A DNA stretch of 64,000 nucleotides from Blastocladiella emersonii ATCC 22665 (lineage: Eukaryota; Fungi; Blastocladiomycota). Positions 33,831 through 45,985 of this stretch are shown here, one piece after another (the stretch's first letter is position 1; every line of letters begins with the position of its first letter). The notes under the pieces were generated by a model. The model made no database searches. It was not told the origin of the DNA and was given only the letters and a program-made list of their open reading frames with translations. A program made the translations under genes and the position numbers. The stretch lies in NCBI GenBank assembly GCA_025594325.1, contig JANHCV010000002.1, forward strand, positions 248,001 through 312,000. The letters are read 5' to 3'.

Positions 33831-35281
33831 TTAGAAGCCGCCGGGGCACCAGTAGTTGGGAATGTACGCGCCGCCGACGTACCGGCCGCGAGCACCGCCA
33901 GCCTCCTTGCCGTTGGTCATGGGCTCAGCGGCGGCCGCGACGGGGACGGGCACGGGGACGGGCACGAACTGGACGGGCGGGGCGCCGCAGTGCCAGCACG
34001 GCGAGTGGTCGTAGGCGGACATGGCCGGCTCCGCGTCAGCGTCGGCGCCGTTCTTCTTGGCGTCGGCGGCGCCGCGAGGGGCCCAGCTGGGCCGCCCGCC
34101 GTAGCCCCAGCACGGGTCGTAGGTCCACGACATGGGCGGCGGCGGCGGGCCCTGGTTGGCGCTGCCCGACGGCATGGGCGGAGGAGGCGGGTACGGGTTG
34201 CACGGGTCAAAGGTCCAGCCGGGACCGAACGGGTTGCCGCCGCGCGAACCGCCCCACCCGCCATTCGAGAACGGGTGGCCCTGGTAGTGGCGCGAGCCGC
34301 CCCAGCCGCCGTTCGAGAAGGGGTGGCCCTGGTAGTGGCGCGCGCCGGCGTACGGGATGAAGTACGGGTAGCCGCGGAACGGGACCTTGCGGGCGGCGTC
34401 GGCCTCGGCGGCCTCGGCGGCAGCGGGCGCGGGCGCGGCGGCGTCCTGCTTCTGCTCCTCGGCCGAGGCGAACGGGTTGACGTTGGAGGCGAACTGCGAG
34501 CCCTTGGTCGAGTTGGTGAAGGTGCCGACGGGCGCGAAAGCGGGCGTGTAGAGGGCTATTGGGCGGAGGAACGAAGTCGGGAGTGAGTGAACTGGTCGTG
34601 AACATGAGCGAGAGCGAGAGCGAGAATGAAAGTACCGCCGGGAATGTTGGTTGACAGGACTGGCTTCTGCGAGCGCATGTTGTCGTACTCGTCGATGAGC
34701 GGGACGGCGTCGATCCACGAGATGCCGTTGTTTTCGGCGAGGACGCGCATGATGGCCGAGGTGAAGACGCCGCCGGTGGTGAACCCCATGGACTCTTGCG
34801 AGTCGAGCGCCGCCGACAGCGCGACGATCTCGGCCTGGAGCTCGTGCGTGTTGTTCTCGAGGTCGACCATGGTGCCCGAGTGGCAGCAGTCGAAAACTAG
34901 GACCATGCGGCAGCCCGCGGGGAGGCACGCGAGCAGGGCGCGCACCTCGTCGTCGAGGATCATGCCGTCGGCGCACACGAGGAACTCGTCGGCGCCGTCG
35001 TACTCGTCGCCCGACTCGTCCTTGGTCTGGCCGCCGTGGCCGGCGTACGAGAAGAGCAGCGTGTCGCCGGCGCACGCGTTGTAGACCATGTCCTCGAGGG
35101 CGCCGAGGATCTGGGCGCGAGTGATGGGCGCCTCGTCGTCCTTGTAGACGACCACGTCCTGGATGCCCATCATGCGGGCGATCTTGCCCATGTTGTCGGC
35201 GTCGACGTCGCAGCCTGGGATCGGGTTGGCGCCCTGGCCGGTCGGGTACGAGAGGCCGAAGCAGCGAGCCTTGTTGCCCAT
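33831..35281 (-). CDS. Metacaspase (peptidase C14B) with C-terminal Pro/Gly/aromatic-rich extension
   Basis: YAGHGGQ and FDCCHSG catalytic dyad; intron 34556-34635 joins ..NIPG|ALYTP.. to the 3' part of ORF 33831-35531. Confidence 0.85.
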
Positions 35282-36168
35282 GGTGTTGGTTGGTTGATGC
35301 GTAGCGGTGGGACTCGATCGGTCGGTCGAACGGGTCGTGAGGAGAGCGAGGACGGCGGGCGGGGGTCCTTGCCAACTTTATAGGCCTCAGCTCGCCCGTT
35401 GGGTGCGCGAGCTGGGGCGCGAGTGTGCCGAGGCAAACGGCGAGCGAGCGACCGGAGCGAGCGCTCGCGTTTGCGTTCCGACCCGGCCGCTCCCCGTTCG
35501 CGCGGCCTGCCATGTCGGGCAAGTCGCTCACCGTTTCCGTCCTTCCACTCTCCTCGACGTCGACGAACCTTCCTCGCCGAAGCGTAGAGCTCGAGCGCTC
35601 GTCCTGGATGCTCGCGGGTATAACGGCTCACGGATCAGCGATGCACACGCCACGTTTGCTTCATGTGATCCGGGTGAGCGTTGAGCTTCATCATGACGTG
35701 GTGGGTCCAGCATTGCATAGAGCGCGAGCACGGCGGTCCTGGAGAGGCTGGGCGGGTTGAGCGACGATGAGGAGCGCGAGTAAGCGAAACGGGAGGCGAG
35801 AGACAAAAGTGTCTCGCGCCACACGTGATGCTTCGTCGCGTCGCGGAGGAAGTCGCCCGCGGCCGGCTCTCCGCTGGCGAAGCCGCTCTCGTCCAGCATC
35901 GTCGGTGCACGGTCTCGTCTCCACTTCAAGCGAGGCTGCATCCTGGCTGCGCCTTGGGAAACGTACGTCGGCACTCGGTCGTGTTGAGGCGGCCACAGAA
36001 CCCTGTGTGCGACATCGCGATGAGGTGGGTCCGTTGCTGCCGTCCGAGCCATGCTGCGAGAGAGGGTCGCATCGTAGAGCGGGCTGTGAGTTGCGACTTG
36101 TAAGAAGCACGGAGGCCGCTCGCCTCCCGACTTCTCCCTCGCCGATCTCGTCCCGTCTCGGCGAGCCC

Positions 36169-36183
36169 ATGTAACTTGATGCA
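36169..36183 (+). promoter_or_regulatory. Start-stop uORF + TAACTTGATGCA box before delta-tubulin
   Basis: ATG TAA CTTGATGCA ATG; resembles the SR-family box. Confidence 0.35.
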
Positions 36184-37495
36184 ATGCCACCGACCCGCCG
36201 ACCACGACCCGCTTCCACATCGGCCCAGCCGAACGCCGTCGTCGCCACCGTGCCTGCGCCGTCACCATCACCGTGGCTGCAGGTCCTGATCGGGCAAGGC
36301 GGGATCCAGGCGTTCCGCCCTCCCACGTCCTCCTCATCCTCGCTCGCAGTCCTATCCGTCGACACCGAGCCCAAAACACGTCCGTCGGTCCTCCTCGGCA
36401 CCGCCGGGTGCGGCAACAACTGGTCGACGGGGTACACGCTCGCCCCTTCGCGTGTGCTTTCGGCGATCCGGTCGCACGTCGAGCGCGACGACACGTGGCA
36501 CGGGTGCGTCGTGGCGTTCTCGGCGGCGGGCGGGACGGGCAGCGGGGTCGGGTCGCGCACCCTCGTCGAGCTGCGCGACGCGTACCCGAAGGCGCGGCTC
36601 GTTGCGGCCACGGTGCTCCCGTTCGCGCAGGTCGGCGAGACCGCGGTCGCCGCGTACAACAGCGTGCTGGCGATCGCGACGGCGGTCGAGAGCGCGGACG
36701 CGGTGGTCACGCTCGCCAACGACCACCTCGACTTGGTCGCAGGCGGCAAGGGGTGGGACGCGATGAACGCGGTCGCGCGCGCCGTCATGGACGACGCGAT
36801 CTTGTCGCTCGCGGGCACGCGCGGGAGGGCCGACTGGATCCCGCAGGTGTGTCCGCTCGCGGCGTGTAACGTGCTGAACGTCGGCTGGGCTGGGTACACC
36901 CGCGTTTGGTTCACATGGCGGAGGATGGCGCTGACGCGGACCATGTGTAGGCCGTACAAGGTGTACCCGTCGCAGCCGCCAGACACGCTCGCGGCAGTAA
37001 AGTCGCTGTGCCGCAACACGCGCGCGGTTCGAAGCGAGCCGGCGAGGCCAGGGTAAGTCCGGTCACGGCAACCTTACGCTTCGCGCTCTAACACGTCGTG
37101 ATGGGTGTAGGTGCATCGCCGCGCTCCTCGCAGCGAGCGACCACTTCCCGTTGTCGCCCTCATGGTCGTCGCCGCTCGTCGAGAAAAAGCTCGCAACACG
37201 CCTCTTCTTCGCGCCACACCTCGCCGCCGAGCACGGAACTGTCCCGCTGTACCATTGCGAGCAGCGCGCGCGGCGGCGCCCGACCGCGTCGCTCGCGGTC
37301 GTGCACAACTCGGCGGCGACGGTGACGGCGGACCTCGCACACGTCGCGGTCTCGGCGACGCGCCGGTGGCACGCGCGCGCGTTCCTGCACCAGTACCCGG
37401 ACAGCGTCGCGCAGGGGTGGATCCCCGAGGCGTGCGAGAAGGTGTGGGAGGTGGCCGACGCGTACCGCTGGGTCACGGCTCCCGAAGCTGGGTGA
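36184..37495 (+). CDS. TUBD1: Divergent delta-type tubulin (spliced)
   Basis: VLIGQGG, VDTEPK, GCGNNWSTGY, AGGTGSG, GETAVAAYNSVL, LAND; C-terminal RAFLHQY in the 37151-37495 frame. Exact 3' introns uncertain. Confidence 0.7.
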
Positions 37496-37599
37496 TGGGC
37501 TCACGAGTGAATGAAATTATAAGCACCCTGACTCTATGCAACAAAGTATGGCAGACACGACGGCTAGTGTGACGCAGGAGCCCGCGCCGCAGCGGAATA

Positions 37600-38382
37600 A
37601 TGTTGGGATTCGGTGGGAGGTGTGCGAGAATCCGCTGAGCGCTCTCCGCGTCGCGGCCCCCCGCTCACTCTCGTCAACCGACGGGTAGAACTTTTACGAG
37701 ACGTACGCGCCCATCTCGTCGATCGAGGCCGTCGACTCCCCGTTCGTGTACCAGGAGCTCCTGCAGGAGCTGGTGCGCGAGCACCGGCACGACCCGGACC
37801 GGCTGGTCGCGGTACCGCCCGGCGGCGACCCGCTCGTGTGGCAGTACGAGCATCTGCGGTGCGTTTCTATTGACTAGATGTGAGGATGGGGAAGGAGACT
37901 GACGCGACGGTGCGGGGTGTAGGCAATTCTGCGTCGAGCTGAGCGACTTTGTGGTGGCGCTCGACCCCGAGTGCTCCGAGCATACGTGCCCGCAGATGAA
38001 GGCCAACGAGTGGCAGTACCTGTGCGCGGCGCACTCGCAGCCGCAGAACGTACGTCTGCTGGCGTCACACGCCATGCTGTGCAACTGACCTCAAAGCAAC
38101 TCCTAGTGCTGCGCGTTCGACTACGTGGTGCACACGCTAGACGGCGCGTGCTGCCTGCTCAACAACGCCAAGTTCTTCCCGTCGCGCGTGACCATGTCGG
38201 CGGCGTCGGCGCAGCAGTTCAGCAACATTGCGCGGCGGCTGTACCGGGTGTTCGCGCACGCCTACTTCCACCACCGCGCCGTGTTTGACCAGTTCGAGGC
38301 CGAGACGGCGCTGTACGCGCGGTTCCTCAAGTTCATCACCAAGTTCGACCTCATGGGCAAGGACACGATCCTGATCAAGTGA
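37600..38382 (+). CDS. MOB4: MOB4/phocein (STRIPAK subunit), multi-exon
   Basis: VWQYEHLR|QFCVEL..CPQMKANEWQYLCAAH..DYVVHTLDGACCLLNN.KFFPSR..RRLYRVFAHAYFHH. Confidence 0.9.
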
Positions 38383-38416
38383 AACGGGTTCATGGAGAGC
38401 GGGATTAATACAGGAA

Positions 38417-38747
38417 TCACGAGCTGCCCTTGAGCCCGGACGTGGTCGACTTGAGGTTCTGGATGTACTTGACGAGCATCTCGTTCTCGGCCTGGCCCGC
38501 CTCGTACTGCGACTTGACCGTGTCGAGGCGGTTGAGCAGGTCTGGTGGCGGGGCGGGTCGTCAGCGGGGCGCGGGCGATGAGCGTTATCAGCGACGCAGC
38601 GTACCCTTGACCGACTCCTGGAGCGTCTGGACGTTCCTGGAGGGGGGACACGCGGACGGGTCAGTAGTGGCACATCGCGGCGACGGCACGAGGCGTGAGC
38701 GCGCACAGGATGACGGTCTCGCGCGAGGGTTGTGGTGCATCGGCCAT
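38417..38747 (-). CDS. SCOC: Short coiled-coil protein (SCOC/Slo1-like), 3 exons
   Basis: MADAPQPSRETVIL|NVQTLQESVK|DLLNRLDTVKSQYEAGQAENEMLVKYIQNL.. matches the SCOC pattern LxxRVDxVK..ENxxLxxYIxNL. Confidence 0.65.
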
Positions 38748-39000
38748 GGTGTGGGTTGGTTGCATCGACTGAGAGTTGCTCGAGGAGGCTGAGAGCGGTG
38801 CAAGGCCGGGTGGCGCGAGCACGGCACGGCGAACGCGTCGAAGCAGGGCCACGCGATGCGTGTGCCACGCCCGTCGGTCGAGCTCTCCCTCCCTCTCCCT
38901 CTCCCTCCCTCACCTCGCGCGCTCCCCCTCTTCCCCTCTCCTCCCTCGCCCAACGAACGGACGAATCAAACGGATCAAGACCACTTTCTGCACTGTGACC

Positions 39001-40462
39001 ATGTCGAACGTGTCGCCACCATCGCCCGACCCGCGCCGCGCCGGCGCCGACTACGACGACGATGACGAGGAGGCCGAGTTCGAGGACTTTTCCATGGTCA
39101 ACCGCGACCAGCTGCCCGACGCGCCCGCCGCCGGGGGCGAGGCGCAGCGCGTGAGCGAGGCCGACGACGACGACGACCTGGCGCTGTTTGGCGAGGACCG
39201 TCCCGCGAGCGACCACGAGGACGAGGACGCGGCGCTGTTCGGGTACGTGACCTGGGGGTCGGTGTGTGGCACGAGTGCTGATGGCATGGACCGCATGTAG
39301 TAAGGACGACGACGAGGACGACGACCTCGACGCGCAGCGCGACCGGCAACCGCAGTACGGCGACGACGCGTACGGCGGCACGACCGAGGATCGCGACGAG
39401 GAGGGCATGGACGAGGATGCGCCCGAGCCCGTGGACGTGAACGTGCTGCACCTGCCGTCGCTCGACGCGTCGCTCAAGGTGCAGCAGCTGGACCTGCCGA
39501 CGATGCTGCGGGTCGAGGCGCAGGCCTTCGACCCGAACCTGTACGAGGGGCTCGACCCGGAGACGGTCGACGAGCACGAGCTGCGGCTGCACCTCGAGAG
39601 CACGGTGCGGTGGCGGTACATGCTCGACGAGCACAACAACACGGTCATGGACTCGAACGCGCGCCTGGTCCAGTGGTCCGACGGGTCGTGGTCGATTGTC
39701 GTCGGCGACGAGCTGCTCGACGTGACCGTGGCCCCCAACGCCGACTTCCAGCACCTCGCGCAGATCCAGGCCGGCCCGGGCATCCTCGTCACCGAGGCCG
39801 CACTCCCCGAGAAGCTCCTCGTCAAGCCGTCGGGCGTCGGTGGCGGCCGCGCCCTGTCGGCCAAGCTCGCCGCCGCCGACAAGTTCAAGCGCACGGGCGG
39901 GACCAAGGTGGTCGACCTCGACCACGACCCGGACGAGGAGCATGCGCGCGCCCTCAAGGCCGAGCAGGAGAAGCTCAAGGCGCAGCGCCGCATGGAGTCG
40001 CGCAAGCGCCAGGTCGCCGGCCGGTACGGCGCCGGGTCCCGCGCCAACCGCCGCAACTCGCGGTCGCAGGGCGACGACTACGACATGGACGACGAGGACC
40101 TCGAGGAGGAAGATCTCGACGCGTACGGTAGCGACGACGACGGCGGCGCGTCCAAGTCCCGCCCGCGCCGGTCCGGCCGGTCCAATGCGGCGGACGCCGA
40201 CGACCTCGGCGACTTTGTCGTCAACGACGACGAGGACGTGGTCCAGTACACGGCCGAGGACGACGAGGAGGAGCTCGAGCGCGCTACCCGCCTCATGGAC
40301 GCGCGCCGTGGCGCAGGCCGGAATCGCGTCGAAAAGGCTCTCTCGCAGCGCCGCGCCAGCGACGTGGTCGACGACGACGGCGAGGGGTACGACGACGCGG
40401 CCGCCGCGCCGCGGTCTAGCCGTCGCCGCACCGCCGCCGTCCTCAGCGACGATGACGATTGA
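39001..40462 (+). CDS. LEO1: Paf1 complex subunit Leo1 (1 intron)
   Basis: Acidic N- and C-termini; TVRWR..DSNARLVQWSDGSWSIVVGDELLDV. Confidence 0.9.
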
Positions 40463-40926
40463 GGCCGGGGTCGGGAGAGTGAATACATGTCATGCATCTG
40501 ATCGATCACGTTCACGTCCGCTCGCTATGGGGTCCCCCGCACCGCGGTTTTGCGCAGATGGGCGACGGGGAAGGTCGATGGCGGTGCACATCGGGTCTCA
40601 CGACGAGGGTCGGCACGCAAAAACGAAGGCGCTGCGAGACGAACGACGCGTCGGCGGCGGATAATCACATGACGGCGCCCTCGGACGCGTCTCGCACCCG
40701 CCCGTCCTGCGCGCGTGTCTCCGCTCGCCACACCTCAAAGAAAGAGCCTGCCGACTGATCACCAGAGCGCGCGAGGCCTCGCCGGGAGCAGACGCACGCG
40801 GAGCGCTGTGTATGCATCGAGAATTTGGCGACCCGCGCTCCCTCGGCGCCTGTATCCGACTCGACTCCCCGCATCGCGCCCGCCCCGCGACGACTGCTCA
40901 TCAGCCAACACACCAACCCCCGCACC

Positions 40927-43900
40927 ATGATCGACCACGGCGAGGACAAGTTCCTCCGGCGCCAGCCGCTGCCGCTCGCGTCCATCCTGCTCGCCACGGT
41001 GCACTCGGGGATCCGCGTCACGACGCCGGCCCCCGCGCCCGTGCCGGGGAACCCGGACCCGCCGCTGCCGCCTGGTAGCGCCGGGTCCACGGGCCGCCCG
41101 TGCTCGCTGCGCGACGCCGCCATGGCGCACCATCTGCGCCAGGTCCACCTGCTCGTCGACTCGTTTGCGCGCGTCTCGGCGACCTCCGCGGCCGCGCGCC
41201 CCCGCGCGAGCACCCCTAGCACGCCCTACGACCGCAGCACCGCGAGCATAGCCGGCGGGCTCAACCGGTCGGCGGGAGGCGGGCCGCCCGAGTCGCCGCT
41301 CGCCAAGGCCATGATGGCCAACGCGTACCGCGCCGGCGCGGTCGCGCCGACCCGCACCGGGGCTATCACGCCCACCCGCCCCGGAGCCGTCACTCCGACC
41401 AGCCCGAACGCGTCGTCCAACCAGCTCGCGGCGCCGCGTTCATCGGGCGGTGGTGGGGGCGGCGGCGGCAGTGCCAGCGCGCCGACCACGCCCACGCGCG
41501 GTGCCGGTTCCAGCCCTGGTGTGGCGCCCGCGGCCAGCACCATGGTCAAGCAGCGGTCGTACGTTGCGCCGCCGCGGATCGCCGAGGACGAGGACGACGC
41601 GGACGAGTTCGAGGACGCGGTCGACGGCGGCGGCAAGTCGCGCGCTGTCCCGCAGCCCGCATTCACCGTCTTCCACGCGCGCGCCGACTCGTCAACGGAG
41701 TCGTCCGCGTCCATGGCCAGCAGCAGTGGCGCGCCGCGCGGGACGTCGTCGGCGTACCTGTTCGACGCGGCGGGCGGCACGTCCGGGTCCGTCATGGACT
41801 CGGTGCTGTCGACGACGGCCGCGCCCGCGGTCCACGACGAGCGCATGCTGTCCGAGTTTAACCGGTCCATGTCGGGCGTGCCCGAGTCGATGCTCGGCCA
41901 CCCGATGCAGCGCCAGCTGCTGCTGTACCACATGGCGCGGTACCTGTTCTTTGCGGCGGTCGAGTCGCCGCAGCCCACGTCGCCGCCGCCCGAGCCCGAG
42001 GTGTACGCGGGAGGGGAGAACAAGCTCCGCGCCACGACGGCGCCCGTCATGCTCAACTCGGACAGCCTCGAGACCGCGTTCACGGTGCTCGGCGACGCGC
42101 TGCGCAACCCCAACGACCCGTCCATTGCCCTGGCCGCAGCCATCGCGCAGTGGCTGACGGGCGACATCGAGGACGCGCAGGCGTGGTTCAACGACACGTT
42201 CAACACGGTCTACGGGTCGGTAGACGACACGCTGGTCCCCGGCGCGGCGATCGAGGGCGACCGCGTGCTGTCCGAGTGGTGCCAGTTCCTGACCACGTTC
42301 AAGTGCCGGCTCGAGCGCATCACGGGCGACATCATGGCGCTCGAGCAGACGCTGCGCAAGTGGCAGCACGCCCTGCACAGCGTGCTGCGCAAGGCGCACA
42401 ACCGCAAGCTCGACGAGGCCCAGCCGCCCACGGTCCCGCCCGTCTCGCCCGCGTCCACGTTCGCGCGGCGCGCCAGTGCCCCCGTCGCGCGGTCCTCGGG
42501 CATGGCCAACGCGGCCGACCTCGGGCGCACCCTCGACACGCTCGCGCTCGAGCAGGACCTCGAGATCGTCACGTTTGTGCGGCACCTCGTCCTCGCCGAG
42601 GCGTGGGACGACCAGGGCAACTTCCACGCGGCGCGCCTGCACTGGCTCAAGCTGTTCCCGCTCGTGTTCCGCAACGTGACGCCGAGCGACAGCGCGCTCA
42701 ACGAGGTCGAGGACGAGATCCTCGAAATGTCGCGCAGCAACCTCGACCTCGCGGGCAACCTGCGCCTGCAGGGCGTCGCCGTGCACCGGATCCCGCCCGG
42801 ACTTCCCGAACACAGCGTCGAGCGGCTCGTCTACCACCTCGTCCAGACCACGTCCGTGTCCTACGCCTACAACTCGCTGCTCGAGCTCGTCTCCGTCTAC
42901 AACCTCGGCCTCGCGCCCTTCTCGTTCCTCCTCAGCCTCCTCGCCCTGAGCCTCGGCCGGCACGACGCGGCCGAGAACTACACCAAGGTGTACGCCCGCA
43001 AACGTCGCATCAACGAGGACTGGAACACCATGTGGGCGCCGCTCGTCAGCGCGTGCGGGCTCAAGCAGGTCACCGACTCGGACGAGCTCGCCGCAGCCGT
43101 CGCCGAGGCCGCCGCCGCAGGCAGGCGGAGCGCCGCCGCCGTGAACAGCAACGCCCGGTCCCTGTCGCCGTCGCGGTTCAGCCTCGCCGCGAGCAAGCGG
43201 TTGGGGCTCAACGCATCTTCGGCGTCGACTTCCGCGCTCGCCCCGGCGCGCGCGAAACGCACCGAGTCCGACTTCCCGACGCAGCGCACGCACCGGCGGA
43301 TCCCGCTCGACGCGGTCGAGACGCAGCTCCTCGACCAGCTCGCCCTGCACCTGCGCACGCACGGCCACCTGCACTCGGTCTCGTTCGTCCTGCGCAACGC
43401 CGACACGGCGTGCCCGACGCTGTATCGCACGCTGCACGGGTTCGACGTCGAGCTGTCGAATGCCGCGGGCTTGCTGCGCATGGCGTCGCGGCTCGCGTTC
43501 GATGTCAATGGGCAGTTCCTCACCCCGCACGTTCTCCTCGACCAGCGCGCGGATACCGGGCTCGCGACACTGCAGGACCCCGTCGTGCTCGAGTCTGTCG
43601 TCGTACCGCCGCCTGCTCTACCGGGATCGTCGCTCGCGCCATCGGTACGGCCATCTGGTGCATCGATGATCGCGTCCGCTGACCGCTGATCCAACGTGTA
43701 GAAACCACCACCCGGCGGACCGGCCATGTACCGCTCGCTCGTCCTGTGGTTCGATACGCTGCTCATTGTCGACACGCTCATCGACGGCGGCAACGAGACG
43801 TCGGTCGTGGCCGAGGCGCGGTCGGTGCACGACGTGGTCATGGAGCAGTGCAAGCTGCCCAAGGTCCCGCCGAGCGCCGCGGTCGTGTCGGCAGACGCCG

Positions 43901-45261
43901 ACGACGACGGCCCGCCGTCACCCCAAGAACCGCTCGGCCCGCCGCGCGTCTTCCTCGAGCAAAAGTACCGGTGGACCGAGGGCGTCGTGTCGCTCATGGG
44001 CAACCTGCAGTGGACGGGCGCGGCCGCCGAGGAGATGGAGCCCGTCAACTTCTTCGTGTCCATCAACCTGCTGCTGCCCTCCATGGTCACGGGCGGCGGG
44101 CCGCGGCTCATCCTGACCCCGGCCAAGCCGCCCACGCCCGTCCCCGAGGCGTACGTCGAGTTCCTCATGGACCCGCCGCGCAACGTGTTCGTCGACAACA
44201 CGATCCGCGCGCCGCTGACGCCCGCCGCGTCCACGGTGGCCGACCCGGAGCCCGTCAAGTACCCGCCGGCGGTCGGCGTGACCATGTCGTGGGAGACGGA
44301 CGCGTCGACCGGCAAGCGCCGGTACACGTCGCACGTGTTCCACATTGACCGGGTGACGGGGACGTTTGTGCCCGTCGACGTGCTCGTCAACTTCCGCGTG
44401 TGCATCGCGCTCGCCGATCAGTGGACGCTCGGCCTGATCCCGGGCAGCCGGCCGCAGATCATCAAGCTCGACCGCAAGAACCGCGAGATGCACCGCGTCC
44501 CGGCGGCGACGCTCGGGCCCGTGCACCCGCCAACGGTTGGCGTCCCGATCGTCAGCACGGGCGGGTCCGCGAAACCCGCGAAACCCACGCCGCCGTGCGC
44601 GCTCGTGTACTGGGCCGAGGTCAACTGCGTGGTCTTCGTGGCGTTCACGACGGTCGTCGTGTTCGCCGTCGACACGCTCGAGACGGTACTGCAGCTCGAG
44701 TTCTCGGGCGCCAACAACCCGCGCGAGGCGATCCAGGAGTCGCACCTGACGTGCCCGAGCCACTCGGCGTCGCACGCCGTCATCGCGTCCGGCCGCAACG
44801 TGTTCGTCCTGCACGCGCCGCGCGACGACCCGCTCGCCGGCATGTCCCTCGCGTGCTTCCTCCCGCTCCCCGCCCTGCCCAACCACGTCTACTGCGAGAT
44901 CGCGCCCGAGTCCGGCGCTATCGACATGGTGCACGTCCTCACTTCGGCCACCGGCGGGTCGCACTACCTGCGGTTCGGGCTCGCCAAGGCGCCCGCGCCA
45001 CCCGCAAGTACAAGCAATAGCGAGGACGACAACGGCGCCGCAAGCACCGAGGAGGCGTCGACGGTCGTCACAGTGCAGGGCTCCATGGCGCTCGCCGGGT
45101 GGAACGCGTGCACGACGGTCGGCGACCACTTTCTCGCCATCACGGACCCGTCGGGCGCATTCCTCATCGAGGCGCGTATCCAGGAACCGCTCGCGGGAGC
45201 GCCTGGCGCCGGGAACGCGTTTCGAACCATTGCGCCGGTCCACTCGACCACGTTGCTGTGA
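40927..45261 (+). CDS. Large unknown protein; possible PH-like then CNH-like C-terminal region
   Basis: ORFs 40825-43689 and 43726-45261 are joinable by a GTACGG..GCTGAC..TGTAG intron near 43645-43700; strongly coding codon pattern. Domain calls rest on weak motif resemblance only. Confidence 0.55.
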
Positions 45262-45985
45262 AAAGGACGGAGGAAATACATTTAGGCTTTGACAACAATC
45301 TGACGGCGACCGGGATTTGCGCGGGCTTTGCACCCCCTCGAGGGATCTCGTGTGCGGGAGACGACTCGGGTTCGCCACGTGGACGCGCGATATCGCAGCG
45401 GAGAGTGGATCGCAGCTGTGCTGACGATGAGGGGAGCCGGCCGCCAACGCGGATCGACGCGGACGCTGGGAGAGCGCGATGGCCACGGAGGCCTGCAAAA
45501 GACACATGGGAACTCGGGGGAAGCGGACATCCCCATGCCGGTCGCCTCCCCGCTCGAACAGAGATTCGCAACGATCCTTGCGCGATCCTCGAGGACCCTG
45601 CCAAGATTAATTAGTGCTAGCTCAGAAATATATATCTTGGAAGCTTTAGGCTCTGTTTTTTATGAGCTGAACCAACGAGTTTTGCGCCGTGTCTCCCGTG
45701 GCGCGACGCGTCTCGCACCTGCCACGTGACCGCTCCGCGAGACGCGTGCCTCACTGTGACGCGTCGCGTGTCATCTCCGGCGCGCCCTTGTCTCCCTGCG
45801 AAACAAGAAAGGCGTTCCGCCGGCCACCATCGTGAATCGCCGCGGCGCGGTACGCGGGTATGCGCAGCGAGCACTCGCGCGGACATCCAGAACCGTCCGC
45901 CGCGCGGCGTCGCGATCACATGCGATCTTGGCGCCCCTGGCCGTACATACCCTCCGCGTCACTGTGGCTCACAGACACCCACCGG

